Source of the DNA: an uncultured Rhizobium sp.
Lineage (GTDB): Bacteria > Pseudomonadota > Alphaproteobacteria > Micropepsales > Micropepsaceae
DNA: 32,264 bases
Reading direction: 5' to 3'
Assembly: GCA_964612235.1 (NCBI GenBank)
Contig: CAZTCU010000003.1
Span: 1 to 32,264 of the forward strand
Shown here: in pieces, positions 1-8,738 of the stretch
Position numbering within the stretch: position 1 is the stretch's first letter
How the letters are laid out: the number at the start of each line of letters is the position of its first letter
Translations under genes and position numbers: made by a program
The notes under the pieces: generated by a model
Seen by the model: the letters and a program-made list of their open reading frames with translations, nothing else
What the model was told of the DNA's origin: nothing
Databases searched by the model: none

Positions 1-547
1 CGCCGATGGCCACGAACAGCAGGATAAAACTCTGCTGAAACACCACCATCAGGATGATGACGAAGAAGATGAACGGCAGCGAATAAAGAATATCCACCAC
101 CCGCATCATCAGGTTGTCCACCACGCCGCCGAGGAACCCTGCCGTCGCGCCGTAAGCGACGCCGATCACGAGGCTCACGAACGTCGCCACCAGCCCCACC
201 GCCAGCGAAACCCGCGCGCCGTACAGCACGCGCACGAACAGGTCGCGTCCGATATTGTCCGAGCCGAAGATGTGCATGCCGCCCGAATGGCACAGCACAT
301 CCGGATCGGGCCACCAGTCGGGCGCGCAACTCACCAGCGCATAGTCGATGTCTTCATAGCCATACGGCCAGACAAGCGGCAGGAAGATTGCAGCCAGCGT
401 GATCAGCGCCAGCACGATCATGCTCACCACCGCCGCCTTGTTGCGGAACAGCCGGCGGCGCGCATCCACCCAAAGGCTGCGCCCGCGCACGAACTGCGAT
501 TGCGTCATCACTTCGGCGTTGGCCGCCGATGCGCCTGTCGCGATCAT
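1..547 (-). CDS. oppC: Oligopeptide ABC transporter permease OppC (partial, runs off the left edge)
   Basis: Manual translation from ATG at 547 (overlaps the oppB TGA): ...GRSLWVDARRRLFRNKAAVVSMIVL...HIFGSDNIGRDLFVRVLYGARVSLAVG..., typical OppC N-terminus and GxDxxGRD motif. Confidence 0.92.
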   Translation of the reverse strand, partial: MIATGASAANAEVMTQSQFVRGRSLWVDARRRLFRNKAAVVSMIVLALITLAAIFLPLVWPYGYEDIDYALVSCAPDWWPDPDVLCHSGGMHIFGSDNIGRDLFVRVLYGARVSLAVGLVATFVSLVIGVAYGATAGFLGGVVDNLMMRVVDILYSLPFIFFVIILMVVFQQSFILLFVAIG

Positions 548-1491
548 CGGTCGAACCTCACGCGCGGATCGAGCACCGCATAAAGAAGATCGGTGATCAG
601 GTTCAGGAGGATGATCAGCGCGGCGTAGACGATCACCACGCCCATCACCAGCGTGTAATCGCGGTTCTGGGCGCCGGTCACGAAGTAGCGCCCGATCCCC
701 GGCAGGCCGAAGATCGTCTCCACGATCAGCGATCCGGTCAGAAGCGCCGCGATTGCGGGGCCCAGATAGCTCACCAGCGGCAACAGCGCCGCGCGCAGCG
801 CGTGGCGCGTGACCACCAGATGATTGGGCAAGCCCTTGGCGCGCGCCGTGCGCACATAATTGGAATGCAGCACCTCCACCATGTTCCCGCGCACCAGCCG
901 GGCGATGATGGCGATCTGCGGCAGGGCGAGAACCGTCACCGGCAGGACCATGTTGATGCCCGCACCGCCGCCCCAGCCCGCAACCGGCAGCATGATGTCG
1001 TGACCGAAGATCGAAAGCCCATAAACGCCGAACACCAGGGTCAGCAAAGGCGCGGTCACAAACGTGGGAATCGTGATGCCGATCATCGCAAGCGTCATCA
1101 CGCTGTAATCCGCGGCGCGGTTCTGCTTCAGCGCGGCCAACACGCCCAGCGTCACGCCGAACAGAAGCGCGAACGCCATCGCGGTCAGGCCCAACCGCGC
1201 GCTCACCGGCAGGCCTTGCGCGATCAGTTCGGTCACCGTGAAATCGCGGTTCTTGAACGACGGCCCCAGATCGAAATGCGCCAGCCGTTCGAGATAAAGC
1301 CCGTATTGCACGATAAGCGGCTTGTCGAGGTTGTAGACCGCGTTGATGTTGTGCTCGATTTCGGGCGGCAGGCGGCGCTGGCTGTCGAAGGGCCCGCCGG
1401 GGGCGGCGCGCATCATGAAGAAGGTGAGCGTGATGACGACAAAGAGCGTCGGGATCGCGCCCAGCAAACGGCGCACCGCATAAGAAAACAT
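544..1491 (-). CDS. oppB: Oligopeptide ABC transporter permease OppB
   Basis: MFSYAVRRLLGAIPTLFVVITLTFFMMRAAPGGPF; EAA-like YVRTARAKGL; C-terminal DPRVR; start moved to ATG 1491. Confidence 0.93.
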   Translation of the reverse strand: MFSYAVRRLLGAIPTLFVVITLTFFMMRAAPGGPFDSQRRLPPEIEHNINAVYNLDKPLIVQYGLYLERLAHFDLGPSFKNRDFTVTELIAQGLPVSARLGLTAMAFALLFGVTLGVLAALKQNRAADYSVMTLAMIGITIPTFVTAPLLTLVFGVYGLSIFGHDIMLPVAGWGGGAGINMVLPVTVLALPQIAIIARLVRGNMVEVLHSNYVRTARAKGLPNHLVVTRHALRAALLPLVSYLGPAIAALLTGSLIVETIFGLPGIGRYFVTGAQNRDYTLVMGVVIVYAALIILLNLITDLLYAVLDPRVRFDR

Positions 1492-1662
1492 GAATGATCC
1501 CAGCCCTTCCGCTGCCCCGAAGCGGTCTGCCCTGAAAGTCCGCGAGCGCGGCTCGGCTGTCAATGCGGCGCGCGAAACAACTTCGTGCGAGTTCTATCGT
1601 TTCGCGTGGCTGCCAGGTTTGGAAACTTTCAACCGCAGGGTCTTTTCATCACCCGGCAATGT

Positions 1663-2778
1663 TCACGGCAGATCGCTCGCGCTCGCGCCTTCCACCCAGA
1701 CCCGCCACACCGGCGCGATCTCCTTGCCGTGCCTGGCCCACCAGGCATCGTCCACGCGGAAGGCCTGGGAGAAATGCTCGGGCGCTGTGGGCAGGAAGCC
1801 CCGCATGGGAATGCCCAGTTCCGGATTCTTGTCCACCAGCGCGATGGAGGATTTGCGCGCGGGGCCATAGGGCACCCACTCCGCCACATGCGCCAGCGCC
1901 TTGGTGGAGGTCGCGAAATGCAGGAACTCCATCGCCATGGGCTTCTTCGGGTCGCCGCGCGGGATTCCGAACACGTCCATCTCGTAGAGCTGGTAGTCCC
2001 AGATCGCGCCCACCTTCTGCTTGGCTTTCGCCGCGTCGAACAGCGTGCTGTTTGGCATGGTGGTGAACACCACTTTCTGGTCCGCCAGCATCTTCAGCGG
2101 ATCGCCGCTTTTCGACCACCACACGATGAAGGGCCGGATGGTGTCGAGTTTGGCGAGCGCGCGCATCAAGCCGTCATGCGTGGCAAGCGTGCGGTAAACT
2201 TCTCTCGGCTTCACGCCGGAAGCCAGCAGCGCCAGTTCGAGATTGAGTTTCGCCGAATTGCGCCTGAGTCCGCGTGGCCCCGGATAACGCCTCAGATCGA
2301 AGAAATCCGCGATGACCTTAGGCCGGCCTTTCACGCGCGCGGGATCGAACCCGATCACCTGCGAATAAACGACGCTTCCCACCCAACATTCGCCGAGCGC
2401 GCCGGGCACGAAATCGTTCGCCGCCGCGATCCCGTCATCGCTTTTCGGAAATCCCGTGGCGTCGATCGGTTCGAGCAGACCTTCCTTGCACGCCGCAATC
2501 GCGTCGGGCAGTTCGAGGTCCACCGCATCCCAGTCGTAACGATGCGCGCCAACCTGTCCGCGCAGATCGTCCAGCCCGCCGTCATATTGCGCGATGCGAA
2601 CATCCACCCAGGCTTGCGACGAATAGGGGCTGAACATCGCGCTGGCCTGCGCGCGCCCGTAAGCGCCCGCCCAGGTGGCGACCGTCAGCACCGGCGCGGT
2701 GCGGCTCAACCACCACAACGCGCCCGCCGCCACGACGACAAGAATGCCGACGATCCACGCGATGTTACGCCATTTCAT
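1663..2778 (-). CDS. ABC transporter substrate-binding protein, PotD/PotF-like family
   Basis: N-terminal hydrophobic anchor, VATWAGAY, WDAVD, EGLLEPID, DFFDLRRYPGPRGLR motifs. Confidence 0.85.
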   Translation of the reverse strand: MKWRNIAWIVGILVVVAAGALWWLSRTAPVLTVATWAGAYGRAQASAMFSPYSSQAWVDVRIAQYDGGLDDLRGQVGAHRYDWDAVDLELPDAIAACKEGLLEPIDATGFPKSDDGIAAANDFVPGALGECWVGSVVYSQVIGFDPARVKGRPKVIADFFDLRRYPGPRGLRRNSAKLNLELALLASGVKPREVYRTLATHDGLMRALAKLDTIRPFIVWWSKSGDPLKMLADQKVVFTTMPNSTLFDAAKAKQKVGAIWDYQLYEMDVFGIPRGDPKKPMAMEFLHFATSTKALAHVAEWVPYGPARKSSIALVDKNPELGIPMRGFLPTAPEHFSQAFRVDDAWWARHGKEIAPVWRVWVEGASASDLP

Positions 2779-2799
2779 GCAGGCATTCTTTAAAGGGCA

Positions 2800-4962
2800 T
2801 CAGTGCGGTTTCGCCTTCTGTTTCTGCTTTTCGTCCCACGCCACATGCGCCTGTTGCAACACATAAGCGCGGATCGCCGCCACGTCGTCCTTGTTCAACA
2901 GATCCTTGAACGACGCCATGCCCGCATCGGCCAGCGCGCCGTTGAGCACGATGTCGTCATACTGGCCCCAGATCTCCGGCGCCGCCGAACGCAAATCCGG
3001 CACTTCGCCGGACGATTGCAGCAGTACGCCATGGCACACCGCGCAATGACGATGGAACAGGTTGAAACCCTTCGTCGCCATCGCGGTATCGATCTTCTCG
3101 TCCGGCGGCTTGGGCAGGTTCTGCGGCAGTTCAGACGGCAACGCCGCCACTTTCTGATTGCCGCCAAGCTTGAACGCGAAGATGCGCCCCTGGTTATTGC
3201 CGTATTTCATCACCGCGGTTTGCGTATCACCGGTCGCGCCCAATCCGCCCGATCCGCCCCAGCCAGCCGCGACGGCCACATATTGCTCGCCGTCGACTGT
3301 ATAGGTCATGGCCGGCGCAATGATGCCGGTTTTCAGATCGATGGACCAAAGCGTCTTGCCGGTCTTGGCGTCATAAGCCGAGAAGATGCCGTCCGATCCG
3401 CCCGCGAACAGCAAGCCGCCCGCCGTCGTCAGCATGCCGCTGTTCCACGCGCCGGTCATCGGCACCTGCCACGCCATCTTCTGTTTCACCGGATCCCATG
3501 CACGGATGAAGCCCTTGGTCGGCGGCGGCGGTTTGCCTTCCTGGATCATCTGCAAAACGACGTTGCCCAGCATCGCGAAATCGTTGCCGGTGTTCCACGC
3601 GCCCGGTTCATAGGCGAGCGGCTTTTCCTGATTGAAGGCGAACGAGCCTTCGATCACCGGAATGTAAACGAGACCGGTCTGCGGGTTGTAAGCCATCGGC
3701 TGCCAGTTGTGCCCGCCTATGGGTCCCGGCACGACGGCTTCCGGCTTCACGCCATAACGCGCGGCGGGATTTTCAATCGGCCGCCCGGTCTTCATGTCGA
3801 TGCCCGTCGCCCACGTCACCGGCGTATAGGGCTTCGCCGAGATCAGTTTTCCGTTGGTGCGGTCGATTACATAGAAGAAGCCGTTCTTCGGCGCGTGCAT
3901 GATGACCTTGCGCGTCACGCCGTCGATCTTGAGATCGGCAATGACGAGCGATTGCGTGGCGGTGTAGTCCCAGTTCTCGCCCGGCGTTTCCTGATAGTAC
4001 CAGGCCAGATCGCCGTTCGCCGGTTTCAGCGCCACGATGGACGACAGATAAAGATTGTCGCCCCCGCCCGGAGAGCGCATGTGCCGGTTCCACGGCGAAC
4101 CATTGCCCGTGCCGACATAGATAAGGTCGGTGCCCGGATCGTAGACGATGGAATCCCACGGCGTGCCGCCGCCGCCCAATTCCCAATATTTGAATTTCTC
4201 GCTCGCCTTCCACGTCGGCACCGCGGCCTCAAGGGCTTTGGATTCCTGCGGCTTCGACGGATCGCCCGGCACCACATAAAAGCGCCAGCGCAATTTGCCC
4301 GTGTCGGCGTCATAAGCCGAGAGATAACCGCGCACGCCATATTCCGCGCCGCCATTGCCGATCAGCACGAGGCCTTTCACGATGCGTGGCGCGCCCGTGA
4401 TTGTGTAGGGCCGCTTGCGGTCGATGGTGTTCACGTCCCAGACCGGTTTGCCCGTCTTGGCGTCGAGTTTCACCAGCCGCCCATCGAGCGTGCCGACATA
4501 GACCGCACCCTTCCACAACGCGACACCGCGATTGACGACATCGCAGCACGCATAGCGTCCCCATTGCCCCGGCACTTTCGGGTCATAGGCCCACAATTCC
4601 TTGCCGGTTTTGGCATCGAGCGCCCAAACCTTGCTCCACGATCCGGTGACGAACATCACGCCGTCAGAAACGATGGGCGTCGCTTCCAGACCGCGCACGG
4701 TATAGGTGCGGTATTCCCATGCCGTGCCCAGCTTGCCGATATTGGTCTTGTTGATCTTGTCGAGCGGCGAGAAGCGCTGTTCGTGATAACCGCGCCCGTA
4801 AGACAGCCAGTCGCCCGGCCGCTGGTCCGCGTTCGCAATCGCAGCACCATCCACGTCCGCCGCCTTTGCGAGCTTCGACGTATCGGGCGCTGCCGCCTGA
4901 CCTATCAACGGCAACAAGAGCGCAGCGCCGAACACGCCCGCCCACAAAATGCGTTTGTCCAT
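2800..4962 (-). CDS. Type II quinohemoprotein PQQ-dependent alcohol dehydrogenase with C-terminal cytochrome c
   Basis: Signal peptide, vicinal ACCDVVNRG, GNGGAEYGVRG, WDYT catalytic motif, GGHNW, W-motif propeller repeats, heme motif CAVCH. Confidence 0.95.
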   Translation of the reverse strand: MDKRILWAGVFGAALLLPLIGQAAAPDTSKLAKAADVDGAAIANADQRPGDWLSYGRGYHEQRFSPLDKINKTNIGKLGTAWEYRTYTVRGLEATPIVSDGVMFVTGSWSKVWALDAKTGKELWAYDPKVPGQWGRYACCDVVNRGVALWKGAVYVGTLDGRLVKLDAKTGKPVWDVNTIDRKRPYTITGAPRIVKGLVLIGNGGAEYGVRGYLSAYDADTGKLRWRFYVVPGDPSKPQESKALEAAVPTWKASEKFKYWELGGGGTPWDSIVYDPGTDLIYVGTGNGSPWNRHMRSPGGGDNLYLSSIVALKPANGDLAWYYQETPGENWDYTATQSLVIADLKIDGVTRKVIMHAPKNGFFYVIDRTNGKLISAKPYTPVTWATGIDMKTGRPIENPAARYGVKPEAVVPGPIGGHNWQPMAYNPQTGLVYIPVIEGSFAFNQEKPLAYEPGAWNTGNDFAMLGNVVLQMIQEGKPPPPTKGFIRAWDPVKQKMAWQVPMTGAWNSGMLTTAGGLLFAGGSDGIFSAYDAKTGKTLWSIDLKTGIIAPAMTYTVDGEQYVAVAAGWGGSGGLGATGDTQTAVMKYGNNQGRIFAFKLGGNQKVAALPSELPQNLPKPPDEKIDTAMATKGFNLFHRHCAVCHGVLLQSSGEVPDLRSAAPEIWGQYDDIVLNGALADAGMASFKDLLNKDDVAAIRAYVLQQAHVAWDEKQKQKAKPH

Positions 4963-5064
4963 GACGTTTCCCCGTTCGACCGGCCTTGTGGCCTTATGGC
5001 AAGATAGTGAGAGGCTATCGGAAGCGCCCGCGCGTTGACAACGCCGCCGGGCAGGGGAGTGCGG

Positions 5065-5901
5065 ATGCGAAAGCTTTTATTTGCCGTAATGCTCGCGATT
5101 CTGGCGTTCCCGGCCCATGCGGCCCCGCGCTGGCTCACCTTGCCGCCCACGCCCACGCTGCCGCAAGCCGATGCGAGCGGCTATGCGCCGGTCAACGGCA
5201 TCCGCATCTGGTACGCGACATTCGGCAAGGGAGAGCCCGTTCTCTTCGTGCATGGCGGTCTCGCCAATTCCAATTACTGGGGCGAACAGGTGCGCGCGCT
5301 GAGCACGCACTATCAGGTCATCGTGATGGACAGCCGCGGCCATGGCCGCTCTACGCGCGATGCGAAACCCTTCGGCTACGATCTGATGGCGAGCGACGTG
5401 ATCGGCCTGCTCGATTTTCTGAAAATCAAGAAAGTGGCTCTGGTCGGCTGGAGCGACGGTGCGATCATCGGCCTCGACATCGCGATGCATCACCCCGAAC
5501 GCCTGTCGAAACTCTTTGCGTTTGCCGCCAACTACGATCCAACTGGCGTGGCGGATGCGACGAACAGCCTGGTCGTCGACGCCTATGTCGCGCGCGCGGG
5601 CGAGGAATACGCAAAGCTCTCCCCCACGCCCACCGAATACAAAAGCTTCGTCGATCAGATCACCCATATGTGGAACAGCCAACCGCACTGGACGAAGGCC
5701 GACTTCGCGAAGATCAAAACACCCACCTGGATCGCCGATGGCGATCACGACGAAATGGTCACCCACGATCAGCCAACGACGATGTTCTCGTGGATGCCGG
5801 ATGCGGGCCTCGTGATCGAACCCGACGTCAGCCATTTCGCCTTCATCCAGGCACCGCAGCAGTTCAATGCGGATGTGGAGAGGTTTTTGAAAACCCGCTG
5901 A
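5065..5901 (+). CDS. Secreted alpha/beta fold hydrolase
   Basis: GGAG RBS, signal peptide ending AHA, HGG oxyanion motif, DSRGHGRS, GWSDG nucleophile elbow, late Asp and His. Confidence 0.9.
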   Translation: MRKLLFAVMLAILAFPAHAAPRWLTLPPTPTLPQADASGYAPVNGIRIWYATFGKGEPVLFVHGGLANSNYWGEQVRALSTHYQVIVMDSRGHGRSTRDAKPFGYDLMASDVIGLLDFLKIKKVALVGWSDGAIIGLDIAMHHPERLSKLFAFAANYDPTGVADATNSLVVDAYVARAGEEYAKLSPTPTEYKSFVDQITHMWNSQPHWTKADFAKIKTPTWIADGDHDEMVTHDQPTTMFSWMPDAGLVIEPDVSHFAFIQAPQQFNADVERFLKTR

Positions 5902-5922
5902 TCTCCTTCCCGCCGATCCCGC

Positions 5923-5959
5923 TTGACTTGATTCTATATTTCTGGAATCATTGAAATAT
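5923..5959 (+). promoter_or_regulatory. ars promoter and ArsR operator
   Basis: TTGACT-N17-AATCAT ending 7 nt before the arsR ATG; inverted repeat ATATTTC-N10-GAAATAT (5936-5959) covers the -10 and reaches the start codon. Confidence 0.65.
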
Positions 5960-6356
5960 GGAACTGACAACGGCCATCAAGCGCCTTTCCGCCATCGCGC
6001 AAGACGCGCGGCTGGAGGTATTCCGGCTTCTGGTGAAGGCTGGCCCGCCGGGCATGGCGGCAGGCGAAATCGCCCGCAGCCTTGGCGTGCCCGCCAACAC
6101 GCTGTCGGCGCAGCTTCTGGTTCTTTCGAATGCGGAATTGGTTCGTGCGCGCCGCGAAGGCCGCTCCATCATCTACGCCATCAACTATCAGGCGATGCGC
6201 GATCTTCTCGTTTTTCTGACCGAAGATTGTTGCGGCGGCCGCGCCGAAATGTGCGGCCCGCTCGCCGAAATCGCATCGCGTCCGTCCTGCTGTGAAACCA
6301 AAACCGGAGTAAACGATGAAACGCCTGCACGTTCACGTCGCCGTGGACAATCTTGA
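5958..6356 (+). CDS. arsR: ArsR/SmtB family arsenic-responsive repressor
   Basis: RLEVFRLLVKAGPPGMAAGEIA...REGRSIIY winged HTH; C-terminal CCGGRAEMC As(III) site; heads the ars operon. Confidence 0.92.
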   Translation: MELTTAIKRLSAIAQDARLEVFRLLVKAGPPGMAAGEIARSLGVPANTLSAQLLVLSNAELVRARREGRSIIYAINYQAMRDLLVFLTEDCCGGRAEMCGPLAEIASRPSCCETKTGVNDETPARSRRRGQS

Positions 6357-6762
6357 GAAATCCATCGGGTTTTATTCCACGCTGTTCGCGGCACGCCCCT
6401 CGGTTGTGAAGCCGGACTATGCGAAGTGGATGCTCGACGATCCCAAAGTGAATTTCGCAATTTCGGAACACGCGGGCAACCGCGCGGGTATCGACCATCT
6501 GGGAATCCAGGTCGAAACCGATGACGAGCTGCGCGAACTCGCAAGCCGATTGAAAGCGGCGGGCGAGACGACCGCCGATCAGGAAGCCGCCAACTGTTGC
6601 TACGCGAAGTCGAACAAAAGCTGGGTCAACGATCCGTCCGGGGTCCGCTGGGAAAGTTTCTTCACGTTCGGCGAGGCGACGAGTTATGGCGAAGACATGG
6701 CGCCCGCAACGAAGCCCGAACCGGTTTCGGCCTGCGGTCCCGGCGCCGCCTGCTGCGCGTGA
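6316..6762 (+). CDS. arsI: ArsI/CadI family VOC metalloenzyme (C-As lyase-like)
   Basis: MKRLHVHVAV...YAKWMLDDPKVNFAIS...DHLGIQV...CCYAKSNKSWVNDPSGVRWE; GGAG RBS. Confidence 0.9.
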   Translation: MKRLHVHVAVDNLEKSIGFYSTLFAARPSVVKPDYAKWMLDDPKVNFAISEHAGNRAGIDHLGIQVETDDELRELASRLKAAGETTADQEAANCCYAKSNKSWVNDPSGVRWESFFTFGEATSYGEDMAPATKPEPVSACGPGAACCA

Positions 6763-6766
6763 CGCC

Positions 6767-7288
6767 ATGCGCGAACGAAATCCGCAACAGCCTTACAACG
6801 TGCTGTTCCTCTGCACCGGGAATTCGGCTCGCTCTATTCTGGCCGAAGCCATTCTCAATCGCATCGGAAAGGGGAAATTCGTCGCTTATTCCGCCGGCTC
6901 GATGCCGAAGGGTGCAGTCCATCCGCAGGCATTGGGATTGCTGCAACGGCTGGGCTTTCCCACGGAAGGGCTGCGTTCGAAAAGCTGGGACGAATTTGGC
7001 GCCGCGCCCTCGCTCGATTTCGTATTCACCGTTTGCGACAACGCCGCCAACGAAGTTTGCCCCATATGGCCCGGCCATCCGATGACCGCCCATTGGGGAG
7101 TACCAGATCCCGCCGCCGTGACGGGAAGCGAAACCGACATCGCATCCGCTTTCCGCGAAGCGTTTCGCATATTGCAGCGGCGCATCGAATTGTTCGCGGC
7201 GCTTCCGGTCGAAAAGCTCGACCGCATGTCGCTCAAGAAGCAACTCGATCAAATCGGAAAATCGAACGGCGAGACGATCCCAGCGTGA
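6767..7288 (+). CDS. arsC: Arsenate reductase ArsC (LMW-PTP fold)
   Basis: LFLCTGNSARS P-loop, TVCDNAANEVCP, HWGVPDP. Confidence 0.9.
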   Translation: MRERNPQQPYNVLFLCTGNSARSILAEAILNRIGKGKFVAYSAGSMPKGAVHPQALGLLQRLGFPTEGLRSKSWDEFGAAPSLDFVFTVCDNAANEVCPIWPGHPMTAHWGVPDPAAVTGSETDIASAFREAFRILQRRIELFAALPVEKLDRMSLKKQLDQIGKSNGETIPA

Positions 7289-7965
7289 ACGCCCCGCTGT
7301 CGCGTCAGCTGAGTGCCGAAGCGCTCGGCACAGCCTTTCTTTTGGCCGCGATAGTCGGCTCCGGCATCATGGCCGAGCGGCTCTCCGGCGGAAACATAGC
7401 CATAGCGCTTCTTGCCAACACCATGGCAACGGGCGCGGCCTTGATCGTGCTCATTGCCGTTTTCGCGCCGCTTTCGGGCGCACACTTCAATCCCGCCGTC
7501 ACGCTGTTCTTTGCGCTGCGGCGCGAAATCTCACCGTATCGCGCGGTGCTCTTTGCGATTGTGCAGTGCGCAGGTGCCGTTCTGGGCGTTTGTGCGGCGC
7601 ATCTCATGTTCGATGCGCCCGTATTCGAGATCTCGCACAAATTGCGCGATGGCGGCGGCCAGGCTTTTTCGGAATTTGTGGCGACCTTCGGGTTGATCGG
7701 AACGATCGCCGGCGCAACACGGTTCAGGCCATCGCTGACGCCCGTATTGGTGGGCCTTTATATTTCAGCGGCGTATTGGTTCACCGCCTCGACGTCTTTC
7801 GCCAACCCTGCCGTCACCCTCGCGCGGTCGCTGAGCGACAGTTTCTCCGGAATAGCCCCGCAGTCGGTGGCAGCCTTTGTCGCCGCACAATTGGCGGCGG
7901 TGATCGTCAGCTATGCCGTTTTCGGCTGGTTGTTTCGCATACCGGCCTCGGCGACTATTCGCTGA
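7285..7965 (+). CDS. MIP/aquaporin family channel (AqpS-like arsenite channel)
   Basis: GTG start overlapping the arsC TGA; SGAHFNPAVT and SFANPAVT NPA boxes; multiple hydrophobic helices. Confidence 0.9.
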   Translation: MNAPLSRQLSAEALGTAFLLAAIVGSGIMAERLSGGNIAIALLANTMATGAALIVLIAVFAPLSGAHFNPAVTLFFALRREISPYRAVLFAIVQCAGAVLGVCAAHLMFDAPVFEISHKLRDGGGQAFSEFVATFGLIGTIAGATRFRPSLTPVLVGLYISAAYWFTASTSFANPAVTLARSLSDSFSGIAPQSVAAFVAAQLAAVIVSYAVFGWLFRIPASATIR

Positions 7966-8158
7966 CGACCCTGCGCAAACCCTCGCTGATGTTCTTGGCG
8001 TCGACGCCGGCCGAGAACGTGCAGCTTGGCGAGGAACAGACGAGAAGGTGCCGCCGTCCCGGCAGTGCGGCCGTGGTCCGCATGGTGACGAGCCGGAGCG
8101 GTTCATGGCAGTGCGGGCAGCTGTTCTTCACTTCGAATCTGGGTATCGGTCTTGTCAT
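7955..8158 (-). CDS. Small C4 zinc-ribbon protein (67 aa)
   Basis: Strong GGAGG RBS upstream; C-x2-C-x23-C-x4-C pattern. Confidence 0.65.
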   Translation of the reverse strand: MTRPIPRFEVKNSCPHCHEPLRLVTMRTTAALPGRRHLLVCSSPSCTFSAGVDAKNISEGLRRVVSE

Positions 8159-8446
8159 GGTGTGTCCCTCCCCCGGGTTGACGTCCGACTCTGTATCGCG
8201 CCGCGATGGTTCCGGCGACGAGATGGTTGTTTAATCCTTAATTTTCCAGGGCTTATCCAACCAGGGGGCGAGGACCTAGAGGTTGACAACCTGCCGCCGC
8301 GACCGCCAAAGCCGAGGTCGGACATAGGCGCAACACCGTTGCGTCCAAAGCACGCCCCATTCGGCTAGTATTGGGGTAAGAAGGGTCCGGGAGGTCTGAG
8401 GACAGAGTGACGGGCGTTGTCGCAGAACAGCTGGTTGGAGGCGGGT

Positions 8447-8555
8447 CTTCGCGAAGGCTGGCTTGCCAAGGCGTAGCTGCGCGACCCGTGGCACCGGCCC
8501 GGCTTCGTCCTGCGGACTACGCCGTGGCAGTCTCCGCTGCCGCGCAGCGAAGACT
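8447..8555. repeat. Palindromic REP-like element abutting the tRNA 3' end
   Basis: Inverted pair TGCCAAGGCGTAGC (8464-8477) / ACTACGCCGTGGCA (8516-8529), nested hairpins and a 12-bp stem at 8529-8555. Confidence 0.5.
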
Positions 8556-8631
8556 GGTACAGTTGGGTGGGTTCGAACCACCGACCTCCGGATCCACAAT
8601 CCGGCGCTCTAACCAACTGAGCTACAACTGC
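8555..8631 (-). tRNA. tRNA-His (GTG)
   Basis: GCAGTTG/CAACTGT acceptor stem, TAGCTCAGTTGGTTAGAGC D arm, CCGGA-TTGTGGA-TCCGG anticodon arm, GGTTCGAACC T arm, encoded CCA. Confidence 0.98.
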
Positions 8632-8652
8632 ACATCTTCCAAAGAGGGGCGG

Positions 8653-8681
8653 AAACTATGAGTCCGACCCCTCAAAAGCAA
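8653..8681 (-). promoter_or_regulatory. Sigma70-type promoter of tRNA-His
   Basis: TTGCTT-N17-TAGTTT followed by a GC-rich discriminator, about 20 nt upstream of the tRNA. Confidence 0.6.
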
Positions 8682-8738
8682 GGCGGCGGTGCCGCGGGAT
8701 ACATACTAATGCGCCCCGCCAACGATGTCCGCCCCCGC

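Noticed and set aside
2800-4962. Possible lanthanide-dependent dehydrogenase
   Set aside because: The active-site motif is WDYT, not the D-x-D of XoxF/ExaF/PedH, and the cytochrome c domain marks a Ca-type type II enzyme
2803-5007. 734-aa plus-strand ORF and similar long ORFs (529-1497, 8706-10409, 11391-13523, 13727-15286, 23575-24648)
   Set aside because: They are antisense shadows of well-supported genes, caused by GC-rich codon bias; Arg/His-rich with no motifs
8231-8241. TTAA-TCC-TTAA as a CtrA box
   Set aside because: The spacer is 3 nt rather than 7; at most half sites
5900-8555. Genomic island integrated at tRNA-His carrying the ars operon
   Set aside because: I found no integrase and no duplicated tRNA 3' end, and the ars genes have host-like composition
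8276-8661. ORFs of 83-107 aa around the tRNA
   Set aside because: They overlap tRNA-His and its palindromic trailer, with no coding features
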